64,000 nt of DNA, taken from Gemmatimonadaceae bacterium (GTDB lineage: Bacteria > Gemmatimonadota > Gemmatimonadetes > Gemmatimonadales > Gemmatimonadaceae). Made by a program: the position numbers and the translations under genes. The stretch is taken from assembly GCA_051859245.1 (NCBI GenBank), contig JBHYGA010000005.1, positions 795,537-859,536 on the forward strand, in the 5' to 3' direction. This document shows, one piece after another, positions 1 through 7,545 of the stretch (within the stretch, counting starts at the first letter, position 1; the number at the start of each line of letters is the position of its first letter). The notes under the pieces were generated by a model that made no database searches, was not told the origin of the DNA, and saw nothing but the letters and a program-made list of their open reading frames with translations.

Positions 1-960
1 GCGCTGTTTCAGAGCGGTGTGGAGTTTGCCAAGCTTGGTTTGGCGATTATTGACGAGCAACATCGCTTTGGTGTGGAGCAGCGCGCGGCACTCGGGGCCA
101 AGGGCGCGAGCGGTGCGCCGCCGGATGTGCTACTCATGACGGCCACGCCCATTCCGCGATCGCTCGCGCTCACGCTGTACGGCGATCTCGACGTGTCCAC
201 GCTCGACGAACGGCCGCCCGGCCGACAGCCTATTACCACGGTGCATCGCCGGGAATCAGCGCGTGCGCGGGTGTTTTCGTTTGTTGAATCGGAGCTGCAG
301 TTCGGGCGACAGGCATACGTCGTGTATCCGGTGATTGAGGCGTCGGAGAAAACAGATCTGCGCGACGCGACCAGCATGTACGAGGCGCTTGCGGCCGGTC
401 CCTTCGCCTCACGTCGCGTGGCGCTGCTGCATGGTCGTCTGCCCGCGGACGAACGTGACATCATCATGCGCGCCTTTCGCGATGGGGCGATTGATGTGTT
501 GGTGGCCACCACTGTGATCGAAGTTGGCATTGATGTGCCAAACGCCACGGTCATGGTGATTGAGCATCCGGAGCGTTTCGGATTGTCGCAACTGCATCAG
601 CTACGCGGACGCGTGGGCCGCGGCGCGGCGCAATCGTACTGCATTCTGCTCGGCGATGTTGGGGTAGAAGCCGGTGCGCGGTTGCAGGTGGTCGTAGACA
701 CGGAAGACGGCTTCGAAATATCGCGCGCTGATTTGCAAATGCGCGGTATGGGCGATTTGTTTGGCGCACGTCAATCCGGGCTGCCAGCGTTTCGGATTGC
801 GGATCCCATCAATGACGAGGTGCTCAACACGAGTGCCCGCGCCACGGCGGAGCGCATGCTGGCGAGTGATCCGGCGCTCGAGCGTAAAGAGAACACGGGT
901 GTGCGGCAGCTGTTGACGGTGAACTATGCGCGGGCGCTAGAGTTGTTCCAGGTTGGGTGA
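1..960 (+). CDS. recG: ATP-dependent DNA helicase RecG, C-terminal part (5' truncated by window)
   Basis: Helicase motifs IIDEQHRFGVEQR, MTATPIPRSL, ATTVIEVGIDVPNAT, QLHQLRGRVGRG; frame is open from base 1. Confidence 0.96.
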   Translation, partial: ALFQSGVEFAKLGLAIIDEQHRFGVEQRAALGAKGASGAPPDVLLMTATPIPRSLALTLYGDLDVSTLDERPPGRQPITTVHRRESARARVFSFVESELQFGRQAYVVYPVIEASEKTDLRDATSMYEALAAGPFASRRVALLHGRLPADERDIIMRAFRDGAIDVLVATTVIEVGIDVPNATVMVIEHPERFGLSQLHQLRGRVGRGAAQSYCILLGDVGVEAGARLQVVVDTEDGFEISRADLQMRGMGDLFGARQSGLPAFRIADPINDEVLNTSARATAERMLASDPALERKENTGVRQLLTVNYARALELFQVG

Positions 961-1010
961 GGCGGGCCACTTGCTAAGACCACCGGGTCTGTGTTGCTCC
1001 GGAATGTGAA

Positions 1011-1175
1011 AACTGCTTGGAACGCAGAGGCGCAGAGTCGCAGAGACTGCATGTAGGAACGCTGTGTTGCTGCATGCTGCCATCGCAAAATGTTTGTGGC
1101 TATTGACCCTCAAGTTTGTTTCGGCGTGTACTCTCTGCGCCTCTGCGCCTCTGCGCCTCTGCGTTCAATGCAGTT
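1011..1175. repeat. REP/MITE-like long imperfect inverted repeat built from 8-bp CGCAGAGG units
   Basis: Left arm aactgcttggaacgcagaggcgcagagtcgcagaga (1011-1046) matches the reverse complement of tctctgcgcctctgcgcctctgcgcctctgcgttcaatgcagtt (1132-1175); lies between convergent genes. Confidence 0.85.
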
Positions 1176-1221
1176 ACAAGGCTAGCGACCTAAGACCAAC
1201 GCCTCGCCTCAGACACCGCAA

Positions 1222-1431
1222 CTAGCGCCCCGCACCCGTCGCGCACCCCGGAAAACCCACCCGTGCCAGAATCTTCTCGAGCGGACAGAAGTTGGTGTAG
1301 CTCGACTGCAGCAGATTGAATCCCACGAACGCGGTGAACGCAAAGAACCATGGGTTCACCCAGACGCCGAGCGCCACGCTAACCATCACAAACACGCCGG
1401 CGAAACGGCGAATGATATTGTCAGCACACAT
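1222..1431 (-). CDS. DUF2892/YgaP-like small inner-membrane protein
   Basis: 69 aa from ATG 1431, two hydrophobic segments, FVGFNLLQSSYTNFCP motif typical of DUF2892. Confidence 0.85.
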   Translation of the reverse strand: MCADNIIRRFAGVFVMVSVALGVWVNPWFFAFTAFVGFNLLQSSYTNFCPLEKILARVGFPGCATGAGR

Positions 1432-1460
1432 GTTGTTGAGTCCGTGAAAGAGTAGACAGA

Positions 1461-1754
1461 TCATGCGAACGATTCGACCGGCAAAACGGCAATGTGAAGC
1501 GATTCACCGGCTGGAAGTGACGCGCCCGCTACGCGCAGCGCCGATTGCAACGTTTCCACCTGTTCCTGCGGCACCACCGTAACCAACATCGTGCCAATAC
1601 CAGGGAACGCGCGCGTCCCTTCGTGCCGGCCACCAAGACCGGCACCGGTGACGTCGTGCAACACGGAGTAGCCAGGTGCACCGTGCGCTTCAAGCACCAA
1701 CGAGATGCGTTGCGGGTTCGCGCCCGCGTACATCATGAGCAGCAGTTTCGACAT
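1461..1754 (-). CDS. PII-like (GlnB/CutA superfamily) small protein
   Basis: 97 aa from ATG 1754 with GGAGG upstream; GYSVLHDVTGAG and HIAVLPVE match the PII-like pattern; downstream of RND permease. Confidence 0.7.
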   Translation of the reverse strand: MSKLLLMMYAGANPQRISLVLEAHGAPGYSVLHDVTGAGLGGRHEGTRAFPGIGTMLVTVVPQEQVETLQSALRVAGASLPAGESLHIAVLPVESFA

Positions 1755-4700
1755 CACGGGCCTCCGCCCGGCGGCGCAGCTCCCAATAGAGCAGCGGCAC
1801 CACCACCATGGTGAGCAACGTGGCCACAATGGCGCCGCCAATCAGCGCCACCGCGAGCCCCTGGAAAATCGGATCAAGCACCATCACCAAGCCGCCAATC
1901 ACAACGGCGGCTGCGGTCAACGCGATTGGGCGGAAGCGTACCGCACCCGCTTCAAGTACCGCTTGCACCAGCGGTCGCTCGCGTTCTTCCGCGAGCTGAA
2001 TGAAGTCCACCAGCAGAATCGAGTTGCGCACAATGATGCCGGCCAATGCGATCATGCCGATCATTGATGTGGCGGTGAAAAACGCACCCGTGAGTGCATG
2101 CGCCGGCAGAATGCCAACCAGCGTGAGCGGAATCGGCGCCATGATCACGAGCGGCGTAGAGAAGGACTGGAACCACGCCACCACCAGCACGTAGATCAGC
2201 ACGAGTACCACCGCGAATGCGATACCGAGATCACGAAACACTTCAATCGTGACCTGCCACTCACCGTCCCACTTGACTGCCGTTTCATCGAGCCGATCCG
2301 GCTGCACGGCGTTGTAGCGCGTGATGTTCGCGCCGGCCACCTGAATCGTATCCAGCACTTTGTTCAACGCGAGAATCGCGTACACCGGTGCTTCCACTTC
2401 ACCAGCAACGTCGGCCGTTACATAGATCACTGGCCGCAGATTCTTGCGGTGCCGCGACAGTGCACGCACGGATGAGTCGACCTGTACGAAGCGGCCGAGT
2501 GGCTGCGGACCCATGCCCGTGGTCACAGGCAGTGCCAACAAGCGATCCACGCTTGAGCGATCCGCAACATCAAGGCGCGGGATCACCGCGACTGGTTCAC
2601 GTGAGGTCGTGGACTGCAGTGTGCCCATTGGCATGCCGCTCACCGCCATGGCCACCGTCTGTGTAAGCAGTGGCACATCGGCGCCTGCACGCGCCGCCGC
2701 CGCACGATCCACGCGAAACGCCATTTGCGCGGACGGTGATTCAACCGTCCAATCCACATCCACCACACCCGCGGCTGATTCAAACGCCGTCTTCACTTTG
2801 CGCGCGGCTTCAAGACGCGTGGAATCGTCCGCCGCGTAAATCTCGGCGACCATGGTCGAAAGCACCGGCGGTCCCGGCGGAATCTCCGCCACCTTGGCGC
2901 TCGCGCCGTACTGACGCGCAATGGAGTCCACCATCGGTCGCACCGACACCGCGATTTCGTGACTCTGCCGCGACCGATCGTGCTTGGCCGCGAGGTTCAC
3001 CTGAATATCCGACACGTTCGCGCCGCGGCGCAGAAAGTAGTGTCGCACCAGTCCGTTAAAGTTGAACGGTGCGGATGTACCCGCGTACACCTGCGTGCTC
3101 GTCACTTCGGGCACGGTGCGCAGCTCACGCGCGATCGCTTCCGATGCGGCGAGCGTGGTTTCCAGCGTTGTGGTTTCCGGGAAGTCGAGCACTACCTGGA
3201 ACTCGGACTTGTTGTCGAACGGCAGCATCTTCACTTGCACCGCGCCAACACCAACCAGCGCCATCGAACCCAGCAGCAGCACCAAGGTGCCGGCGTAGAA
3301 CGCCATGCGTGTGCCGCGGCGTTCAATGAGCGGCGTCATCAGCCGGGCGTAGAACTTGCCAAACCCGTTCTTGAGCACATCGGCGTCGTCGCCGCCGTGC
3401 GAGGATGCACCGTGCGAAGACGCACCGTGTGCACCTTCCTTGGGTACATGACCACGCAACAACCGATAGCCGAGCCACGGCGTGACAATGAATGCCACAC
3501 CGAGCGACGCGAGCATGGCGACAGACGCGCCAACAGGGATGGGACGCATGTAGGGACCCATCATGCCCGACACAAACATCATGGGCAGAATCGCTGCGAT
3601 CACTGTGAACGTGGCAAGAATTGTGGGATTGCCCACTTCGTCCACGGCTTCAACCGCAGCCACGTCGGCCGGCCGGTCACGCATGGCGACGTGTCGCGCA
3701 ATGTTCTCCACCACAACAATCGCATCGTCAACCAGAATGCCAATGGAGAAGATCAAGGCGAACAGCGTAATGCGATTCAGCGTGTAGCCCATCAGGTAGT
3801 ACACGAACAACGTGAGGGCGAGCGTGACTGGAACAGCCACAAGCACGACCACCGCTTCGCGCCAGCCGAGGAACAGCCACACGAGCGCGGTGACGGACAG
3901 CGTGGCAATGGCCAAATGCAGGATCAGTTCAGACGCTTTTTCCGCGGCCGTCTCACCGTAGTCACGAGTGATATCCACCTGCATGCCTTCCGGCACGACA
4001 CGACCACGCGACTGCTCCAGCCGTTCAATCGCGGCGTGCGCAACCGTGGTGGCGTTCGAGCCCGCGCGTTTGGCGACAGCAATCGTGACCGCCGACCGCG
4101 GGGTGCCAGAGCCGGACGCCGTGGTGACATAGTTGGTTGGCTCACCAAACCCATCGTCAATGCGCGCGACATCACGAAGCGCGATCGCGCGTCCGTTACG
4201 GACAGCAATGATCACGTCGCCCACATCACCAGCGCTGGTGAACGGTGCTGCCACATCAATACGTACTGCCTGATTACCGGTGGCGAACTCACCGGCTTGC
4301 ACGCGCGCGTTCGCACCCATCAGCGCGCGCGCGATTTCTCCGGGCGTGACACCCGTCGCGGCGAGTCGCGCCGGATCGATCAACACCTGGACTTGTCGCG
4401 GCTCGCCGCCGACCAGAAACACCTGCGCCACATCGGGTACCGTGCGCAGCTCTTCAGCAATGTGCGCGGCAACCTGGCGCACCACGCCTGGTTCGGCGTT
4501 CGCATCCGACACAGTCAAGGCAAGAATCGGCACATCGTCGATCGCGTGCGGCTTCACGAGTGGTGGTGGTGCGCCCATCGGCCACGCGTCCATGCGCGAG
4601 AAGACTTTCGCATGCACCTTGGCCACACTTTCCGTCTGATCGGCACCAACGGTGAAGCGCGCCGTAATCATGCCGCCGCCGTCACCGCTCATGGCATACA

Positions 4701-4950
4701 CATGCTCAACACCGGAGATCTCGTACAGCGCCTGCTCGAGCGGCTTGATCACCTGCTGTTCCACTTCCCCCGATCCCGCGCCGGGCAACGCGGCGAAGAC
4801 GTCAATCATGGGCACCGAGATTTGCGGCTCTTCCTCGCGTGGTGTGGCCGCGAGGCCGATGGCGCCCACCAGCAGTGACGCGAGCGTGACCAGCGGTGTG
4901 AGCTTGCTGTTGAGAAACGCCTTCGCAATACGACCTGCGATGCCAGTCAT
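1690..4950 (-). CDS. RND efflux transporter permease subunit (AcrB/CusA superfamily)
   Basis: 1086 aa; GILVDDAIVVVENI (TM4) and RFRPIALTA motifs; two large periplasmic loops. Confidence 0.95.
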   Translation of the reverse strand: MTGIAGRIAKAFLNSKLTPLVTLASLLVGAIGLAATPREEEPQISVPMIDVFAALPGAGSGEVEQQVIKPLEQALYEISGVEHVYAMSGDGGGMITARFTVGADQTESVAKVHAKVFSRMDAWPMGAPPPLVKPHAIDDVPILALTVSDANAEPGVVRQVAAHIAEELRTVPDVAQVFLVGGEPRQVQVLIDPARLAATGVTPGEIARALMGANARVQAGEFATGNQAVRIDVAAPFTSAGDVGDVIIAVRNGRAIALRDVARIDDGFGEPTNYVTTASGSGTPRSAVTIAVAKRAGSNATTVAHAAIERLEQSRGRVVPEGMQVDITRDYGETAAEKASELILHLAIATLSVTALVWLFLGWREAVVVLVAVPVTLALTLFVYYLMGYTLNRITLFALIFSIGILVDDAIVVVENIARHVAMRDRPADVAAVEAVDEVGNPTILATFTVIAAILPMMFVSGMMGPYMRPIPVGASVAMLASLGVAFIVTPWLGYRLLRGHVPKEGAHGASSHGASSHGGDDADVLKNGFGKFYARLMTPLIERRGTRMAFYAGTLVLLLGSMALVGVGAVQVKMLPFDNKSEFQVVLDFPETTTLETTLAASEAIARELRTVPEVTSTQVYAGTSAPFNFNGLVRHYFLRRGANVSDIQVNLAAKHDRSRQSHEIAVSVRPMVDSIARQYGASAKVAEIPPGPPVLSTMVAEIYAADDSTRLEAARKVKTAFESAAGVVDVDWTVESPSAQMAFRVDRAAAARAGADVPLLTQTVAMAVSGMPMGTLQSTTSREPVAVIPRLDVADRSSVDRLLALPVTTGMGPQPLGRFVQVDSSVRALSRHRKNLRPVIYVTADVAGEVEAPVYAILALNKVLDTIQVAGANITRYNAVQPDRLDETAVKWDGEWQVTIEVFRDLGIAFAVVLVLIYVLVVAWFQSFSTPLVIMAPIPLTLVGILPAHALTGAFFTATSMIGMIALAGIIVRNSILLVDFIQLAEERERPLVQAVLEAGAVRFRPIALTAAAVVIGGLVMVLDPIFQGLAVALIGGAIVATLLTMVVVPLLYWELRRRAEARDVETAAHDVRGREPATHLVGA
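3395..3435. repeat. 15-bp imperfect tandem repeat encoding His-rich HGASS-HGASS-HG linker in the RND permease
   Basis: ccgtgcgaggatgca ccgtgcgaagacgca ccgtgtgcacc on the + strand. Confidence 0.75.
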
Positions 4951-5996
4951 AACTGCACCGCCGGAGTGTTCGGTACGAGGACCATGTCACCGGCATTCAC
5001 ACCGGAGAGAACTTCCACATACGCGCCGCGCGTGCGGCCCAGTCGCACCCAACGCCGCTCCACCGTATTGTTGGCGCGCACTTGCACGCCGGTGAGATCA
5101 CCTTCGCGCGTGATGGCGGACAGCGGCACCAGACGCACGGACTGCATCGCGCCCGGCAGCAAGACCGTGGCCGATCCACCAGAGGCGTGTTCACCTGACG
5201 TGTTCTTCACAATCACGTTCACGCTGTAGAGTCCGCCACTCGGTGCGGCAACAACGCCTTCGATCGTACCGGTGGCCGGCCGTCCTTCGATCATGACATC
5301 AACAGCGGCACCGCGACGCAGCGCGAGCGCCGCCGCAGGCGGTACGAGCGCCGAGACACGAAGCGTTCCCGACTGCTGCACCATGATGAGCGGCGCACCC
5401 GGCGCAGCGAACGCACCCGGATCAACAAAGCGCTGAGTGACCACGCCTGCGAACGGCGCGCGTACCGCACCGTACTCGCGAATGGCAGACGCCTCGGCCA
5501 CACCACCGCGCGCGCCCTGCACAGCGGCGCGAGCGCGCGCCAAACCGGCCTCGGCGGCGTCGAGCTGTGCCTTGGGTGCGGCGCTGTCGGCGAAAAGTGC
5601 ACGCATGCGCGCCACTTGCACTTCCGCATCGGCGAGCATGGCTTCCGCGCCTTGCAGATTACCATTGGCTTGTGTTGCCTTCGCGTCGATGTCTCGCACA
5701 TCAAGCGTCACGAGCAACTGACCGGCGCGCACCTGGTCGCCAGCCTGCACGTGCACCGCACTGACCGTCGCCATCAACTTGGTGGAGATTGTCGCACTGA
5801 GCAGCGGTGCGGCCGTTCCCACGGCTTCGGAAACATTGGGCAACTGGCTATCGATGACGGCGATTGCTCGCAGTCCATCAGTTGCGATGCTCGCGCGTGC
5901 CGGCGTGTTCGCCGCATCCGGAGCGTCGTTGCTGCACGCGGCGATCGCCGGTACGGCAACGAGAAACAGCACAGCGGTTCGCAGAGAGTTGCGCAT
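4947..5996 (-). CDS. RND efflux periplasmic adaptor (membrane fusion protein), lipoprotein
   Basis: Lipobox IAAC; lipoyl halves VHVQAGDQVRAGQLL and VRAPFAGVV; alpha-helical hairpin; 4-nt overlap with permease. Confidence 0.93.
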   Translation of the reverse strand: MRNSLRTAVLFLVAVPAIAACSNDAPDAANTPARASIATDGLRAIAVIDSQLPNVSEAVGTAAPLLSATISTKLMATVSAVHVQAGDQVRAGQLLVTLDVRDIDAKATQANGNLQGAEAMLADAEVQVARMRALFADSAAPKAQLDAAEAGLARARAAVQGARGGVAEASAIREYGAVRAPFAGVVTQRFVDPGAFAAPGAPLIMVQQSGTLRVSALVPPAAALALRRGAAVDVMIEGRPATGTIEGVVAAPSGGLYSVNVIVKNTSGEHASGGSATVLLPGAMQSVRLVPLSAITREGDLTGVQVRANNTVERRWVRLGRTRGAYVEVLSGVNAGDMVLVPNTPAVQL

Positions 5997-6001
5997 CGTA
6001 T

Positions 6002-7420
6002 TTATCGGTCAAGTGAAAGAAGTGGAGTCAGATCAAGGCCGCGCGCGATGCGCTCTTCGGCCAGTGCGATCAGCACGTTGTGTTGAGCGGACACCGCCGC
6101 CAGTTCGGCGCTCGAGCGCGCGGCACCGGCGTCCAGCAGCTCGGTAATCGCGGCAAGCCCGCCGTCGTATCGGCGCTGCACCAGACGCAGCGCTTCCACC
6201 GCCTGCGCGTACGCCCGTTCGGAAATCGTCAGCTGCTCCATCGCAACGCGTCGCTGAATGCTGGCCTGTGCCACTTCCAGATCCGCGACGGCTGCGGCAC
6301 CGTCAGCGCGCGTTTGCGCGGCATTCAGCACGGCGTTCGCCCGTTGACGATCCGCGAACTCTCCGCCGCCGCTGAACACCGGGAGTGTGACCACAACGGC
6401 GGCCGTGACAAACGGCGTGCCGGCGAACGGTTGATTGCGCGACGCCCAATCCGAGCGCAGCATCGCACCAACCGTTGGCAGCCAGCGCGAGTTCGCGCGC
6501 CGCACATCTTCCCGCGCGGCCAGTGCACCGAGCTGTGCGGCTTTCACATCGTCTCGTTCCACACGGTTGGTGGCGAGCGAGTCGGTGTTGGCCATCAGCG
6601 TACGAATGATCGCGGCCGACGGCAGTACAGTGGGAAGCGACGCCGATGTGTCACCGGGCTCTCCCATTTGTACGGCGAGGGCCATTCGCGCGAGGGTCGC
6701 CGCTCCGCGCGCACTGCTCCGGCGCGCCTCCAGTTCGCTCAGCCTCACCTGTGCGAGCAGAAGATCCGATCGCGCCACGACCCCGTTGCGCTCAAGCGAC
6801 GTGGCCTGTGCAACGTGGGCCGTCGCAGCGGCCACTGCGGAATCGAGCGCCGAGACACTCGCCGTCGCCAACACCGCGCCGTAGTAACTGCGGGTCGCCG
6901 CCAGCGTAGCACTATTAATCGTGTGCTCCGTCATGGCGTGCGCCGAGCGTGCCGCGAGTGACGCCGCGCGTTGGCCGAGGATCGCCTGTGGAGCGAATAC
7001 CGGTACGTCCACAACCACAGCGCCGCTTCCCACGCTCAGCGCGTCGGGTCGGTTGAGGGTGCGCGGATCAAAGTCGGACTGGGTCACCGAGCGCTGGCGG
7101 AGCTTGGCGCCAAACACGCCGATCGGATCGTTGGTGCGAGCCGCGCCGGCTTCGAGGCGAAGCTGCGGCAGCAGCTGTGCTCGCGCGGTCCGTGCGCTCG
7201 CATCGGCCGCCGCCGCGTCTTCGGTTGACGCGCGGGCCGTAAACCCACGGTCGGCGACCCGCGCCACGACGTCGCGCAGGCGGAGTGATGTCGGCGATGG
7301 CTGGGCGGCGACAGATCGTGGCAGCAGGCCCAGCATGGCAACCGAGAGGGCGAAGAGTGACGCGACGCGCGCCGTGTGCTGCGCTCGAAGCGTTCGCTGA
7401 TATGTTAGCTGTTTAATCAT
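6002..7420 (-). CDS. TolC-family outer membrane efflux protein (start uncertain)
   Basis: Signal peptide, two OEP repeats (LLPQL / WLPTV), RRYDGGLAAITELLDA; first gene of the efflux operon. Confidence 0.9.
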   Translation of the reverse strand: MIKQLTYQRTLRAQHTARVASLFALSVAMLGLLPRSVAAQPSPTSLRLRDVVARVADRGFTARASTEDAAAADASARTARAQLLPQLRLEAGAARTNDPIGVFGAKLRQRSVTQSDFDPRTLNRPDALSVGSGAVVVDVPVFAPQAILGQRAASLAARSAHAMTEHTINSATLAATRSYYGAVLATASVSALDSAVAAATAHVAQATSLERNGVVARSDLLLAQVRLSELEARRSSARGAATLARMALAVQMGEPGDTSASLPTVLPSAAIIRTLMANTDSLATNRVERDDVKAAQLGALAAREDVRRANSRWLPTVGAMLRSDWASRNQPFAGTPFVTAAVVVTLPVFSGGGEFADRQRANAVLNAAQTRADGAAAVADLEVAQASIQRRVAMEQLTISERAYAQAVEALRLVQRRYDGGLAAITELLDAGAARSSAELAAVSAQHNVLIALAEERIARGLDLTPLLSLDR

Positions 7421-7455
7421 GCAATCAACTAAATAGCAGAATAGAGGAATGTCAA
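7408..7455 (-). promoter_or_regulatory. AT-rich promoter of efflux operon: TTGACA -35 plus 8-14-8 inverted repeat (candidate operator)
   Basis: tgtcaa at 7450-7455 reads TTGACA on the minus strand; gctgttta (7408-7415) and taaatagc (7430-7437) are 7/8 inverted; the -10 match is weak. Confidence 0.55.
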
Positions 7456-7545
7456 GGATTCGGGTCGGGCCCCCACGGCGCCGCTCACGCTCTCGCGGGC
7501 TGTTGCCGATACTCCTCAGGGATCCGCCGCCTCCAACGGCCGACC

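Noticed and set aside
2959..4878. 639-aa + strand ORF
   Set aside because: Antisense shadow of the RND permease; His/Arg-rich composition typical of high-GC reverse frames, no motifs.
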